A DNA stretch of 64,000 bases from assembly GCA_964016885.1 (NCBI GenBank), contig OZ024744.1:67332001-67396000 (forward strand). Reading direction: 5' to 3'. Each line of letters starts with the position of its first letter. Within the stretch, counting starts at the first letter, position 1. Positions 42,377-55,900 of the stretch are shown here, piece by piece. The notes beneath the pieces were generated by a model, which searched no databases, was not told the DNA's origin, and saw only the letters and a list, made by a program, of their open reading frames with translations. The translations under genes were made by a program, and so were the position numbers. This DNA comes from Eledone cirrhosa (Eukaryota).

Positions 42377-43100
42377 TTGACACGCTAAAATGCAGCACGT
42401 TAAAGAGAAAGAGAAAGTAAATCATGATAGCTATCAAAACATATATGTTGTTCAAGAGTATAAATAAACAAGCCAGACTGTAAACATACAATTTAAACTA
42501 TTTGCTTTCTTGATTATTGTGCAATTAAATGCTTTATCGATTGAAACGGTATAACTGTAAACATTGATTAGAGCCATTAGGTAAATCTAGTTATAACAAA
42601 ATATCAGCTCAGGTAGCAGTTTCTCGCCATTTCCTGGCAATGAGCAATGCAATTTCTAAGCAATAAAACATATTCGAACAGAAACCGCACATTCTCTGTA
42701 AAAAAAAAGAAGAAAACAATCTTCATTTATTCAGGAGTCACATTCTGATTAGAAGATAAAATAACGTATTGATTAACAATTAAGTTAGTTGGTTTTAGAA
42801 TATCTTTGAGATCTTTGAAATTATATAATTTCATCGTGAAAGTAATATTGAATACTGATTATCTGGGTTAAAAAAGAAAAAAAAAAGATTAGTCGCTTTT
42901 TGTTGTTGTTGTTGTTTTAAAATATAAATTGCCACTTCAAAGATCAACATGGGGTTCTAATCATTACAGTTTAATTATCTTTACAGGATGTACAAGTGTT
43001 CACTTAGCCGTATTCTAAAATAATTTGAAATTTAAAACTCCCAAAGTGAACATATTGGTCTGCTGACAACAGAATGTTGAGATTATTATTATTATTATTA

Positions 43101-44232
43101 CAGTTGCATTTATCTTGCTTTATGTTCATACGAGTTATTACCAAGTCACAACCAGTGACCTCAAGAGACAACAGGGTCCGCCATGTTCAAGAAAGAACAT
43201 ACACACTCACACATGCATCTTTAGGTGTTTAGACTTGTGATGTACTTATATTGACAGAATCTTCCTTAGTATATAGGCAGTTCCCATTAGTACTATCTTT
43301 TGTATTTCTCCTATACGCGGGTTTCCTGGGATTTGCGATAAGTAATTATTAGACCCCTTAGGTATCATTCCTAGAGCGCCTACAACCACTGGTATTGTTT
43401 TAGTTCTCAACTTCCACATTTTTCCAATTTCTATCTCCAGGTCCTTATACTTGCTCAATTTTTCAAATGTTTTTTATAGATACATTCTTGTCTATTGTAA
43501 CGGACATATCAATTAGCAGGCATACCCTCTTTTTAAAGTCCTTCAGTACTATATCAGGTCTATTTGTATCTATTTTTCGGTCTGTTTGGATGCTAAAGTT
43601 CCACAAGATTGAGATGTGATCTTTTTCAAGTACGGGAGGTGGTTGATGCTCCCACCAATTCTTTTGATGGGGCAGGTCAAAAGGCTTATACATTATCCAA
43701 TGTATGTGTTGTGCAGCTCTGTCGTGCCTGTTTAAGTATTCGGTTGGAGTTATAGGACTGCACATTGAAATTATATGATCAATGGTCTCTGGTTGTTTTT
43801 TACATACACGGCATAATGGGTTGATCCATTTTTTATTATGTTGGCTTGATAATTTTTTGTTGGCAGACACTGATCTTGTGCTGATATAATCAGTCCTTCA
43901 ATCTCCGATTCCAGTCCAGAGGATGCCAACCACTGATGGATTAAAGTTTTGTCAAAATCAGGATTGTTAGCTCTTTCTGGGTATTTTGCATACAGAGGAT
44001 TTTCTTGCCATTTCTTAGCCAGTTTCTGTAGCAGTTCTTTTTTTGCAGTTACTTTTACCTGCTTTGCTTTTTCTGTGTTTTTCATTTCAGCAGTAAATAG
44101 AACTTCTGAAATTTGTAGTTCATTATTGTATCTTTGTGCATCTTGTGTAATGGAGTATGATCTTTTGATGCTTTCATGTTTCAAAACGAGTTTGAATCAT
44201 CCAATCATGTGATTCCCTTAGATATGACAATC
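43101..44232 (-). mobile_element. R4/Dong-type non-LTR element, family A, 5'-truncated (A1)
   Basis: CRVC..ETIDHIISMC..YLNRHD, NRPDIV and KYKDL..IPVVVGALG (RLE domain). (ATT)n on both sides. Confidence 0.92.
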
Positions 44233-44312
<80 letters not shown>

Positions 44313-44316
44313 ATTA

Positions 44317-44730
44317 CAGTTGCATTTATCTTGCTTTATGTTCATACGAGTTATCACCAAGTCACAACCAGTGACCTCAAAAGACAACAAGGTCCGCCAT
44401 GTTCAAGAAAGAACATACATACACACACATGCATCTTTAGGTGTTTAGACTTGTGATGTACTTATATTGACAGAATCTTCCTTAGTATATGGGCAGTTCC
44501 CATTAGTACTATCTTTTGTATTTCTCATACACGCGGGTTTCCTGGGATTTGGGATAAGTAATCATTAGACCCCTTAGGTATCATTCCTAGAGCGCCTACA
44601 ACCACTGGTATTGTTTTAGTTCTCAATTTCTACATTTTTCCAATTTCTATCTCCAGGTCCTTATACTTTCTCAATTTTTAAATGTTTTTTATAGATACAT
44701 TCTTGTCTATTGGAACGGACATATCAATTA
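44317..44730 (-). mobile_element. R4/Dong-type family A, 5'-truncated (A2)
   Basis: Same 3' end (cagttgcatttatcttg); (ATT)n flanks. Confidence 0.92.
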
Positions 44731-44745
44731 TTATTATTATAATTA

Positions 44746-45284
44746 CAGTTGCATTTATCTTGCTTTATGTTCATACGAGTTATCACCAAGTCACAACCAG
44801 TGACCTCAAGAGACAACAAGGTCCGCCATGTTCAAGAAAGAACATACATATTCACACATGCATCTTTAGTGTTTAGACTTGTGATGTACTTATATTGACA
44901 GAAACTTCCTTAGTATATGGGCAGTTCCCATTAATACTATCTTTTGTATTTCTCCTATACGCAGGTTTTCTGGGATTTGCGATATGTAATCATTAGACCC
45001 CTTAGGTATCATTCCCAGAGCGCCTACAACCACTGGTATTGTTTTAGTTCTCAATTTCCACATTTTTCCAATTTCTATCTCCAGGTCCTTATACGTGCTC
45101 AATTTTTCAAATGCTTTTATAGATACATTCTTGTCTATTGGAACAGACATATCAATTAGCAGGCATACCCTCTTTTGAAAGTCCTTCAATATTATATCAG
45201 GTCTGTTTGCATCTATTTTTCGGTCTGTTTGGATGCTAAAGTTCCACAAGATTGAGATGTGATCTTTTTCAAGTATGGGAGGTG
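44746..45284 (-). mobile_element. R4/Dong-type family A, 5'-truncated (A3)
   Basis: ORF 44890-45249 encodes the RLE domain; (ATT)n flanks. Confidence 0.92.
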
Positions 45285-45320
45285 ATTATTATTATTATTA
45301 TTATTATTGTTATTGTTATT

Positions 45321-46928
45321 CCTTGAATCTCAGTCATTGATGTTGGTTAACTGGAAAGTCCGTTGGATTGAATATCAAGCCACTACCTGCAGCCTCAGAT
45401 ATTCAGGACGTATCGGAGGGTTCTTGCCGTTCCAAGCAAGCATGCCTTTTGAAGCGTTCCAAAAAGCGTGGAGGGGCCGATTTTCTTTAACCATCCCTGG
45501 AAACCTTTGGAGATAGTCCCCAGTGCGCCTATGACAATCGGGATCACTTTGACTTCATGGCAGTTCCAAATCCTTTTCACCTCCCACTTTAGGTCCTGGT
45601 ATCGGTTAATTTTCTCCCTCTCCTTCTCTTGCACTCTCGTGTCGAACGGGCAGGCCACATCCACAATCAGGCACGATCTTTTTTCTTTGTCCACAACCAC
45701 CAGGTCAGGTCTATTGTGTTCCAGTTTTTTGTCCGTCTGTATCCTAAAATCCCACAGCACCTTCACCTGACTGTTCTCCATCACCGCCTCTGGCCTATGC
45801 TCATACCATTTCTCAGAATGTGGTAGATTGTTTACTTTGCACAGGTGCCAGTGGATCACCCTGCCCATCACATCGTGTCTCCAGCCCTTATAGTGGGTCT
45901 GGGCTAGGTGTTTACACTCGGACACAATGTGAGCCACAGTCTCCTCTCTCTCTCCACAGATCCTGCACAGTGGGCTAGCCTCCTCCTTGTAGATATGGTG
46001 CTTCAACCACTTCGTTTTGAGGGCCTGCTCCTGCGCAGCCATTAGCATTCCTTCTGTAGCCTTTTTGAGGTCTCCTCTTCTCAACCAGTTCCATGTCTGT
46101 GGATCTCTAAATTCAGTTTTCTCAAAGAAGGTACTATGAAGGGATTTTCCCTTAAGGCTGCTCTTCCTCCTTGATGTTATTTCCTCCTTGGATATCCCCT
46201 GGCCTACTGTCCCCTCCTTCAGTACAGCTCTGAGCATTGGCTCCTTACTATAGGTCACGTATTTGTATAGGTTGTTTTTCTCCATCTGAACACAGTCCTC
46301 TATGCTGATAAGACCTCTTCCACCCTCAGATCTCCTTAGGTAGAGTCTATCGACATCACTCCTCTTGTGGAACATGTTGTAGATAGTCAATAGCTTCCTA
46401 GTCTTCCTATCCATTTCTTTTTGTTCAGCAACATTCCATCTCAGAATTCCCGCACTGTACCTAATAATAGACACAGCTCGGGAATTTACTGCGCTTATGG
46501 CATTTCTGCTGTTCAGATGTGACTTCAATACGCTCCTTACTCTCCGAATGTATTCAGTTCTTAACAATTCCTTCATTTTTTTGTTCTTTATGCCATCAGC
46601 CTCCAGAACGCCCAAATACTTGTATCCTTCCTCAGAGTCAATTTCCTTTATCATCTCACCTGTTGGTATCTGGATCCCGTTACTTCTGCTCAACCTACCC
46701 CTCCTCATCACAATGACTCCACATTTACCAATACCAAACTGCATACATATATCACTGCTGAAAATACGGACAGTGTCAACAAGCACATCCAACTCCTTCT
46801 CACTTTTCCCGAAGAGCTTAAGATCGTCCATGAAGAGGAGGTGATTGATGGTAAGCTCTCCCCTTCCCAACTTGTATCCTGCTCTCACTTTTCGCAGCAT
46901 AATGGTCAAGGGCATCAGGGCAAGGACA

Positions 46929-46929
<1 letters not shown>
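45321..46929 (-). mobile_element. R4/Dong-type family B, 5'-truncated (B1)
   Basis: Uninterrupted 506-aa ORF 45395-46915 with [15 protein letters not shown] finger and NRPDLVV..DVACP RLE; (ATT)n flanks. Confidence 0.93.
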
Positions 46930-46982
<53 letters not shown>

Positions 46983-47190
46983 GGCGACCTACGTAGTAAA
47001 TCGTATCATCGTGAGCTCCGCAAAGGTTTGTTATTTCCGTTTGTTAAAAATTGCCATTTATGGAAAATTTTTATTGTTAACCATATATAAGCGCACATAC
47101 ATTGTTTTCCGAAAAGGACACCCAAAAATATTGGGGCCTTGTGCCCAAAATTTAAACTTTTATTATTATCAAAAAATTTCTTTGAAAAAA

Positions 47191-49187
47191 ATGGCTAATT
47201 AACCTCTGCACCAAGCAGCTGAAAGCCTTCCTCACAAATTAACACCTCACACCGACACCACCATTGTAAATGTTACTACGTTTGCCAACACTACAAAAAA
47301 TATAAGCAGTAGCAATATTTTAAATTTGTCTCAGGCAGACATTCATTTCCCGCCATTACCAATGACTGCAGGTGTTAAAGCCTCCACCACCACCACCAGC
47401 GCGACAACCACCACCCCCACCACCACCGCGACAACAGAAACAAAAGAAGAAAAAAATAAATTAACTCGTGATGTCGAAATGAAATCAAGCAAAATGGACT
47501 CTTCCCCACCAAAGACGACTGACGTCACCACCACCACAACTGAAACTAAAATTAATATTAACACAAGTAACGATAGCAACAACAACAACAATGACATTAT
47601 AAAAACCACCCTCAGTTTTGCCAGAGTAGCAAAACAGTTCGAAGCATTTACGGTAACTCAGGAGGATTTAGAAAATGCCAAACAAATGGTAAAGAAAGAT
47701 GGGTACAGGGTCAGCCTCATCCCCCCCCCACTAATAAAATGAAGCATCGGCGCCTATGCACCGTGTCGTATCGAACAATAAATGTAAAATCGCGCCGAGT
47801 GGAACGGGCATCCGAGTCCCAAATCCAAAAAGCTTTGGGACATGTGTGGGCAAGAAAAACCCACATTAGACGTGGGCAGAAGTATGGAACCGTGGACGTG
47901 TTCTTTGAAACACCAGAGGAGGCTAGAGAACACTCCAAGGCCCCATTAAGAAGTGACGACTTCACACTCGTCCCAAGCTATTGTGGCCAGAGACTCGTAA
48001 AGATCAGGGTGACCCACGTTCCACCGGCCATCGAAATTCCCTGGCTAATAGCGGCCGTCCTCGCCGGCATCGAAGCCAACACAAAAATAATAGCAATAGC
48101 AAAAGAAAAGCAGGAGAACTGGTCCGGATCTGGGATGGAGCTCCTGATCCAAGCGGACCAAAAAAGCATTGAGGAGATCCCAGAGGTAATAGACCTCACT
48201 GACGGCAGCCACCTCACGGTAATTGTCGAGGGCAGAAGACCTAGGTGTGTCGTTTGTGGTGAAGGAACCCACCTAAGGGCTTTCTGCCCTCAGGCTAAAA
48301 GGTTGAGGCCATCTCTCCTACCCACCCCAGTGACACAACCATCAACACCACCAGTAGCAGAGATGGCAGCAACAACTGTAGCAGCAACAACAGAAGCAAC
48401 CATAACAGCAACAATCCCAGCAACAGTAGCAAAACCAACACCACCACCACCACCAGTAAAACCAACACCACCACCACTCAACGCTTCAGAACTAGCACCA
48501 GCGCCTACACCATCCACCACGCCACAACCAAAACTAACGCCTGTGGAGGATTTTCCACTCCCCGGCCTATCACAACCGGAGACAGATTGTGACGACGAGG
48601 AGTGGGAAACGATATCCGGAAAAAAAAAAAGAAACCCAAAAAGAAAAAATTCTCTTCCTTCCCCCTCCAAAAACAAAATACAGAGGGAAACAAATAAATT
48701 AAGAAACAAAAAAGTTAGGACAGATATGCCACCATCCACACCAGCATCACCAACGCCATCAACCCAAACACCAACACCATCACCATCATTAACCCCAACA
48801 CCACCATCACCTACACCACAAAAGTCACCAAAATGCGAAACAGAAACAAACCCACAACAAACGCAAACAAAACAAAACAACCAAAACGATACACACTACA
48901 CAGCATTAAATTTGAACAACAAGCAATTATTACACTACATCCAACACAACACCAGCATCACAGAAAAAGACTACACAACAACCCCAAAATTCACACCACC
49001 TCCACACATACAAATCACTCGCATCACACAAAAAACGAACATGACACTAAAAAGAAAATTCCCCAAACACATCGGAGACTTCCGACAAGCACTCTCCAGG
49101 AGGATTTATAAGGACATCCTTCCTGAGGAGGCCACAAGCAGTGAAAAGGATGGAAAAACCGTCCTTTCCCTACGAGAAGTAAGGTAA
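47191..49187 (+). pseudogene. Tx1 ORF1 (zinc knuckle CVVCGEGTHLRAFC, Pro/Thr-rich), frameshifted
   Basis: ORFs 47326-47742 and 47739-49187. The start is inferred from homology to the ATG at 60290. Confidence 0.8.
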
Positions 49188-49221
49188 GTAGTCTTTCCCA
49201 TCTTTTCCACTCCTTTTCAAC

Positions 49222-52200
49222 ATGACCTCACTCAGAATAGGCAGCATAAATGCGCGTGGCTTGGGGTCGTCATGGAAGCAGGGCCACCTGCTCAACGACC
49301 TCAGGTCACTAAACATAGATGTAGTGGCCATCAGCGAGACCAGAATCTCCGAGGCACAGGCTTTCGCACCGATCTTCGGCGGCTACGATGTGTACGCATC
49401 TCCCAGCCGTCCGGGATCGGGGGGAAGAGTTACTGTGCTTTTTCGGAGAGGTTTGGATCTTGCCATACGGGCCATCTTCCTGGACCCAGAAGGTAAGTTG
49501 GTGGTGCTGGACGTGACCAGCGGAGACGGCCAAGCTTTCAGGTTAGTGGCCGTCTATGCCCCGACAGGAGCAGGGCGGCCTGATTTCTTCCGGCGTCTGG
49601 GGACCTTTCTTGGAACGTCCCGCTCTTTAGTGTTAGTGGGCGACTGGAACGGGATCTTAGATGCACGCTGGGATTGTGTGGGATTAGTGGATAGGGAAGG
49701 AGGGTGCAAGAGTCTCACCAACCTGCTCAGATGTTTTGAACTGTCTGACAGGTACCGAATGGATTTCCCGAATGTACCAATGTGGACTTGGACAAATCGC
49801 ATAGGGTCATCCAGATCATATCTAGATAGAGTATTTTGTAGGGAAATAGATAGCTCTAGCATAGGCTGTCCACAATTCAAGATAGTCAGCTACACGGACC
49901 ACAAATTCGTGATCTGTGTGCTTGACTTAGATAGGCTTCATAGACGAGGACCCGGCTACTGGAAGCTAAACGCGTCCTTACCAGCGCGCAAGGCCTACAG
50001 AGACCGGATTAGCGAACTAGTTAAGTGGGCGTTGACGGGGGCCATCGTCAACAACAAGTGGTGGTTTGCTCTGAAAAGAGCAATTAGAATAGAGTCCATT
50101 AGGTTTAGTAAGACTTTAGCAATAGAGAAAAATAGAGCAGAGGGAGAATTAGTTAGAAAATTAGATGAGGCGCTTAGCAAAGGCATCGCGACCGACGTAC
50201 TTGCGGTGAAATTGGCCCTTGACCAATTCTTCAATGCAAAGCACGAAGGCTGCGTTGTCAGAGGTAGGGTGCGTGCTCTCAGACACGAGGGGACGAAAGC
50301 CGTTCAATGGGCCCGAGTGGCGGAGGCGCGTCGTGGCAACAAAGCCACGATCCGGTCTTTGGTGGACCACGACGGGCGCATGCTACTCGATCCCGGGCAA
50401 ATGTGTGAAGCTTTTCAGCGACACTTCGCTCAACTGTTCGGGGGCAGTGGCGGGCTGGTTCGAGGGATGGACTTTAGTGTCTACCTCGACGGACTGCCGC
50501 GGCTTTCGGCCACTGAGGCGGAGTGTTGCGAAAAGCCGATAAGAACCGCTGAAGTACGGGATGCAATGACTAGTTGCACAAGGGGTAAATCGCCTGGTTT
50601 GGATGGTCTGCCCTATGAACTTTACGTACAAATGCCAAACTTGTTCGGAGGCCTCTTGGCGGACGTCTACTGCAACTGGCAACAGAACGGGAGAATTCCC
50701 AGCTCTGTTAGCCGAGGAGCGGTGGCGCTGCTGAGAAAGGATCCGAACAAGGGGGATAACATAGATAATTTTAGGCCCATAACTCTGCTAAACACAGAGT
50801 TCAATATTTTGGCCAAGGTGCTAGCAAAGAGGTTGGCGCTTGTCGTTGGTGGTCTGGTGGGAGAGGCACAGACATGCGCCATTCCCGACAGATCCATCCA
50901 CGACAACCTCCACCTCATGCGATACATCGTAGAGAGGGTAGCTAGGGAACCTGGCACGGGTGTTTCTTTGATCAATTTAGATCAGTCGAAAGCCTTCGAT
51001 AGGGTCGACCATCGTTACCTAGCGGCAGTCCTGAGAGCGGCTGGCTTTGGGCCTTTCATCAGAGGCTGGATCGCTGCCATGCACAGCGACATCTGCTCTG
51101 TAGTGAGAGTGAACGGTCACCTTTCGGAACCGTTCAACATCATGCGCTCGGTCCGCCAAGGATGTCCCCTCTCGTCCCTATTGTACGTATTGACTCTCGA
51201 GCTATTACTGCACAAACTGGAGACGTTGAGGGGGGTCCCGCGCGAACTAGGATGCGGAAGATCCGTGTCAGCATATGCCGACGATGTCACCGTAGTGGTG
51301 TCGAACGCCAAACACATCGAGGCTATCGGCACTACACTAAGAGAATACGAAGCGGTGACAGGAGCAATGATCAACCAGGAAAAGTCAGTGGGCCTGCAGC
51401 TCGGCACCTGGAGAGGCAGGTCCATGCCGTCCAACAGCGTCGTCGGGCGCTGGACGGACGGACCGGTTAAATTGCTAGGGTTCTGGTTCGGTCCAGACCT
51501 CCAGACGGACAAATACTGGGACGAGGTGACGAGCAGGGTGGCTTCTCTCAACCAGAAATGGGCCGAGAGGCAGCTATCCCTGAAAGGTCGAGCGGAGGTG
51601 GCTAACGCGTACATCGCTTCCGTCATCTACTACCGCCTGACCATCGTACCTTGTCCTAAGCCCCGCCTGACTGCGCTGGAGCGTTTGCTCTTTCGCTTCT
51701 TGTGGAAGGGACGCGCTCCGATGGTCAGGCGGTCCATCTGCTGTCAACACCCGCTACGTGGAGGGCTGGGCATGCCGTGGCTGATGATGCGCAGACACGC
51801 GCTCAGGCTACGACATCTCCACCTCTTCCTCGACGGTGATCAGGTGTGGTCGCCGTTTGCTAGACACGTTTTTCCCCAGCTCGTCTCCTTGACGGAACTG
51901 CAGTCCTGGGTCAAGCGAAGACCGAGAGGGAGCGCTTGGAGACTGGAATGTCTTCAGGCGCATACAGCCCTCGACCAATCGGGCAATGTGATCGGTGGAA
52001 ACTCCACCTTGGCGTTCTATAGGGGATTAGTGGAGGGGAAGAGCGACGACGTACTTGGAGAAACTCTAGGCGTCGACGAAAATCAACTAGCCAATCTCTT
52101 CGGAAGGACTTTCGGGCCGGGGCCTATGGACAACTTCCAGAAATCCCTGGCCTGGCAGTGCTACCGGGGTGCTTTGCCAGTTCGGGATAAACTTTACAGG

Positions 52201-52584
52201 CATGGAGGTGCCGTCAGCCGGGCATGTCCGAGATGCGCACAGGGCGACGAAACCGTCCTGCACGTACTCGTCCAGTGTCCGAGCATTGCTGACTTGTGGG
52301 TTTATGTCGAACACCTGCTGTCACGTGTAGGACGGATCCAGCTATCAGCTGAGTCATTCGTGAGGATTGTCCCGCGTCCTTCCTTTAACCAGGAAGGGCA
52401 GGCCGTTTTTATCTGTCTGGTGGCCATGGCGAAAGAGATAGTATTGTGGACACGTTTGAAAGGGCTGAAGACGAGCACTTACTTCTTCGGTGATGCCCTG
52501 ATTAACTATTTCAAATTTCATCTGAAAAGGAAAATCAGGGTAGAGAGGGAAGTGCTCTCTTCCCAGCATTTTGTTGAAAGATGA
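49222..52584 (+). CDS. Tx1 ORF2: APE endonuclease + reverse transcriptase + zinc finger (1120 aa)
   Basis: SINARG, VYAP, GDWN, LDRVF, TDH; KSPGLDG, RPITLLN, KAFDRV, RQGCPLS, AYADD; CPRC..H...C. TGA at 52582 is probably a mutated Trp codon, with the natural stop at 52641. Confidence 0.93.
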   Translation: MTSLRIGSINARGLGSSWKQGHLLNDLRSLNIDVVAISETRISEAQAFAPIFGGYDVYASPSRPGSGGRVTVLFRRGLDLAIRAIFLDPEGKLVVLDVTSGDGQAFRLVAVYAPTGAGRPDFFRRLGTFLGTSRSLVLVGDWNGILDARWDCVGLVDREGGCKSLTNLLRCFELSDRYRMDFPNVPMWTWTNRIGSSRSYLDRVFCREIDSSSIGCPQFKIVSYTDHKFVICVLDLDRLHRRGPGYWKLNASLPARKAYRDRISELVKWALTGAIVNNKWWFALKRAIRIESIRFSKTLAIEKNRAEGELVRKLDEALSKGIATDVLAVKLALDQFFNAKHEGCVVRGRVRALRHEGTKAVQWARVAEARRGNKATIRSLVDHDGRMLLDPGQMCEAFQRHFAQLFGGSGGLVRGMDFSVYLDGLPRLSATEAECCEKPIRTAEVRDAMTSCTRGKSPGLDGLPYELYVQMPNLFGGLLADVYCNWQQNGRIPSSVSRGAVALLRKDPNKGDNIDNFRPITLLNTEFNILAKVLAKRLALVVGGLVGEAQTCAIPDRSIHDNLHLMRYIVERVAREPGTGVSLINLDQSKAFDRVDHRYLAAVLRAAGFGPFIRGWIAAMHSDICSVVRVNGHLSEPFNIMRSVRQGCPLSSLLYVLTLELLLHKLETLRGVPRELGCGRSVSAYADDVTVVVSNAKHIEAIGTTLREYEAVTGAMINQEKSVGLQLGTWRGRSMPSNSVVGRWTDGPVKLLGFWFGPDLQTDKYWDEVTSRVASLNQKWAERQLSLKGRAEVANAYIASVIYYRLTIVPCPKPRLTALERLLFRFLWKGRAPMVRRSICCQHPLRGGLGMPWLMMRRHALRLRHLHLFLDGDQVWSPFARHVFPQLVSLTELQSWVKRRPRGSAWRLECLQAHTALDQSGNVIGGNSTLAFYRGLVEGKSDDVLGETLGVDENQLANLFGRTFGPGPMDNFQKSLAWQCYRGALPVRDKLYRHGGAVSRACPRCAQGDETVLHVLVQCPSIADLWVYVEHLLSRVGRIQLSAESFVRIVPRPSFNQEGQAVFICLVAMAKEIVLWTRLKGLKTSTYFFGDALINYFKFHLKRKIRVEREVLSSQHFVER

Positions 52585-52914
52585 GTGAGAGAAGCAAGTA
52601 TGGCCCGAATGAATGGGCCTTCTCTGATTATGTGTCTGTAAATTAAAGGTGGAAAACTGGGAGAGGGCATTTGCCCTGGTGGTCAGGGCCACTGTGGTCT
52701 TTTAATGGGCTTTCTCCACAAATGTCGCTCGGAAGTCTCCCCCCTATTGTGGAATTTTTCTTTGTTATTTTATTTCATCCACTGTTTTTTACACGCAGAA
52801 ATGCCCATTTGTACCGTCCTGTATTGTCCTGTACTGTCCTTAATGTCTACTTTATGTAAACCCTTGTGGTTAATAAAGAAAACATTATTATTATTATTAT
52901 TATTATTGTTATTA

Positions 52915-55900
52915 CAGTTGCATTTATCTTGCTTTATGTTCATACTAATTATCACCAAGTCACAACCAGTGACCTCAAGAGACAACAAGGTCCGCCATGT
53001 TCAAGAAAGAACATACATATTCACACATGCATCTTTAGTGTTTAGACTTGTGATGTACTTATATTGACAGAATCTTCCTTAGTATATGGGCAGTTCCCAT
53101 TAGTACTATGTTTTGTATTTCTCCTATACGCGGGTTTCCTGGGATTTGCGATAAGTAGTCATTAGACCCCTTAGGTATCATTCCCAGAGCACCTACAACC
53201 ACTGGTATTGTTTTAGTTCTCAATTTCCACATTTTTCCAATTTCTATCTCCAGGTCCTTATACTTGCTCAATTTTTCAAATGTTTTTATAGATACATTCT
53301 TGTCTATTGGAACAGACATATCAATTAGCCTGGCATACCCTCTTTTGAAAGTCCTTCAATATTATATCAGGTCTATTTGCATCTATTTTTCGGTCTGTTT
53401 GGATGCTAAAGTTCCACAAGATTGAGATGTGATCTTTTTCAAGTATGGGAGGTGGTTGATGCTCCCACCAATTCTTTTGATGGGGCAGGTCAAAATGCTT
53501 ACACATTATCCAATGTATGTATTCTGCAGCTCTGTCATGCCTGTTTAGGTATTCGGTTGGAGCTATAGGACTGCACATTGAAATTATATGGTCAATGGTC
53601 TCTGGTTGTTTTTTGCATACACGGCATAATGCGCTGCACCCATTTTTTATTATGTTGACTTGGTAATTTTTTGTTGGCAGACACTGATTTTGTGCCGATA
53701 TAATCAGTCCTTCAGTCTCCGATTTCAGTCCAGAGGATGCCAACCACTGATGGGTTAAAGTTTTGTCAACATCAGGATTGTTAGCTCGCTCTGGGTATTT
53801 TCCATACAGAGGCTTTTCTTGCCATTTCTTAGCCAGTTTCTGTAGCAGTTCTTTCCTTGCAGTTACTTTTACCTGCTTTGCTTTTTCTGTGTTTTCCATT
53901 TCAGCAGTAAATGGGACTTCTGAAATTTGTAGTCCATTACTGTATCTTTGTGCATCTTTTGTAATGGAATATGATCTTTTGATGCTTTCGTGTTTCAAAA
54001 CGAGTTTGATCATCCAATCATGTGATTCCCTTAGATATGTAGATAATCCAATTGTTGCAGTTTTCAACGCAATGTCTAACTGGATTAACCCACGTCCTCC
54101 TTCTTTCCTGGGGAGATATATTCTATCTATATCTGCCTTAGGGTGATGCATTCTGTGCATGGTTAAGAATTTTCGAATTTTTGTATCGAGCCTACGGATC
54201 TCTGTGCTTGACCAGTTGATGACATTGTAACTGTAGGTTACTACTGGTATGGCAAGCGTGTTTATGGCATCGATCCTATTCCTTGCATTCAATTCCGTTC
54301 TTAAGATTGCTCTTACTCTGCGATAACATTCCTTCCTTATCCTTTCCCTCATTGTCGAGTGCTTGATTCCGTCTCCTTCACAAACACCTAGATATTTGTA
54401 AGTTTGTTCTTGATCAAGTTCTCTTATCACGTTCCCCCGATCAAGATTAATGTCTGAACTCTTTAGCAGCTTTCCTCTGGTGAACGTTGCTTTGGCGCAT
54501 TTATCTAGTCCAAACTCCATTTTAATGTCATCACTGAACTGCTCCACAGTGGATAATAGCCCTTGCAATTGTTCATCATTTTTTGCAAATAGTTTCAGGT
54601 CATCCATGTAGAACAGGTGATTAATGGTTTTGTCATAGACTTTATATCCATGTTTTGTTTCATTGAGCATTTTACTTAATGGTATAAGTGCGATGCAGAA
54701 TAAAAGCGGTGATAAAGAGTCACCCTGAAAAATTCCACAATTAATATTAACTTCTCCAGCTTCCAATGATTTGGTTTCACTATTCAAAAGGAGTGTCGTT
54801 TTCCATGTCTTCATACTGAATGACAAAAACCTCCTGACACCGGGGGATATTTTGAAAATCTCTAAACATTTTTCAATCCAACTGTGTGGCAAACTATCGA
54901 ATGCTTTTTTATAATCTATCCAAGCAATCGATAGATTTTTGTGTCTATTATGACAATCTTCCAGTATCATTTTGTTAACCAGAAGCTGATCCTTACAGCC
55001 ATATGAGCCTCGTTTACACCCTTTCTGCTCAATGGGAAATAGGTCATTTGTTATCAGGTGGTCATATGTGTATTCAGTTAGGACTGATGTTAAAATTTTA
55101 TACATTGTGGTCAAGCAAGTTATCGGTCTGTAATTTTGGGGATTGTTTGTCTCATCATTCTTCGGAAGCAGGAATGTAATGCCGTTAACTAGCCATGATG
55201 GTATCTTTTCTGGCTCCTTAACTATTTCATTGTAACGTTGGGCTGACAGCTCATGAGACTCTGTGAAGGCATTTATCCAAAAGTTTTGTATTTTGTCTTT
55301 GCCTGGGGATTTCCATTTGCTGGTTTTTCTTAGAGCCAAGCGCAACTGTTCAACTGTTATATTTTCCCATATTTGTTCCTCAAGGTGAGCTGTATCTTTC
55401 ATTTGTCTGTCTATCCATGGGGCATGTATGTTATGAACTTTTTCTTCGGCCCAGATCTTTTCCCAGAATTCTTGCACTTCCTCCTTGGGTGGTATTGATT
55501 TAGCAGTTATTGTTGACTTACCAATTTTTCTGTAGAAGTTTCTTTGGTTGTTTTTGAACATATTATTGTCCTTATAGAATCTAGATCGTTTTTCAAAGCG
55601 CCTTATACGAGCAGCTTTGGCCGACACTTTTTGCTTGATTATTTCTATCAGCATGTCTATGTCACATGTTGATTTTATACTGTAATTTTTTTTCAATTTT
55701 CTAAGTTTAGTTTGTTTAACATGTTCACCTACTTTATAGTTTGTTAAAATTTCTATGTCAGATCGGAGAAGGTTTATTTGGCGATTGATGTTCTCTTGCC
55801 AAGTAGATTTCTTGTGGGAATTCCTTTGTTTTTTCATCTTCACTCCACATAAGTGAGTGGTGACTTTAGCCGATGCATAATAGAGATGATTTAAATCAGT

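Larger units (their letters stand above)
46983..52883 (+). mobile_element. Full-length Tx1/L1-group LINE inserted in (ATT)n (T1)
   Basis: Same 5' start (ggcgacctacgtag) as the copy at 60076. Two ORFs; 3' end aataaagaaaac followed by (ATT)n. Confidence 0.93.

Noticed and set aside
43082-45320. CRISPR-like repeat-spacer array
   Set aside because: The repeats are LINE 3' ends and microsatellites in eukaryotic DNA, with no cas genes.
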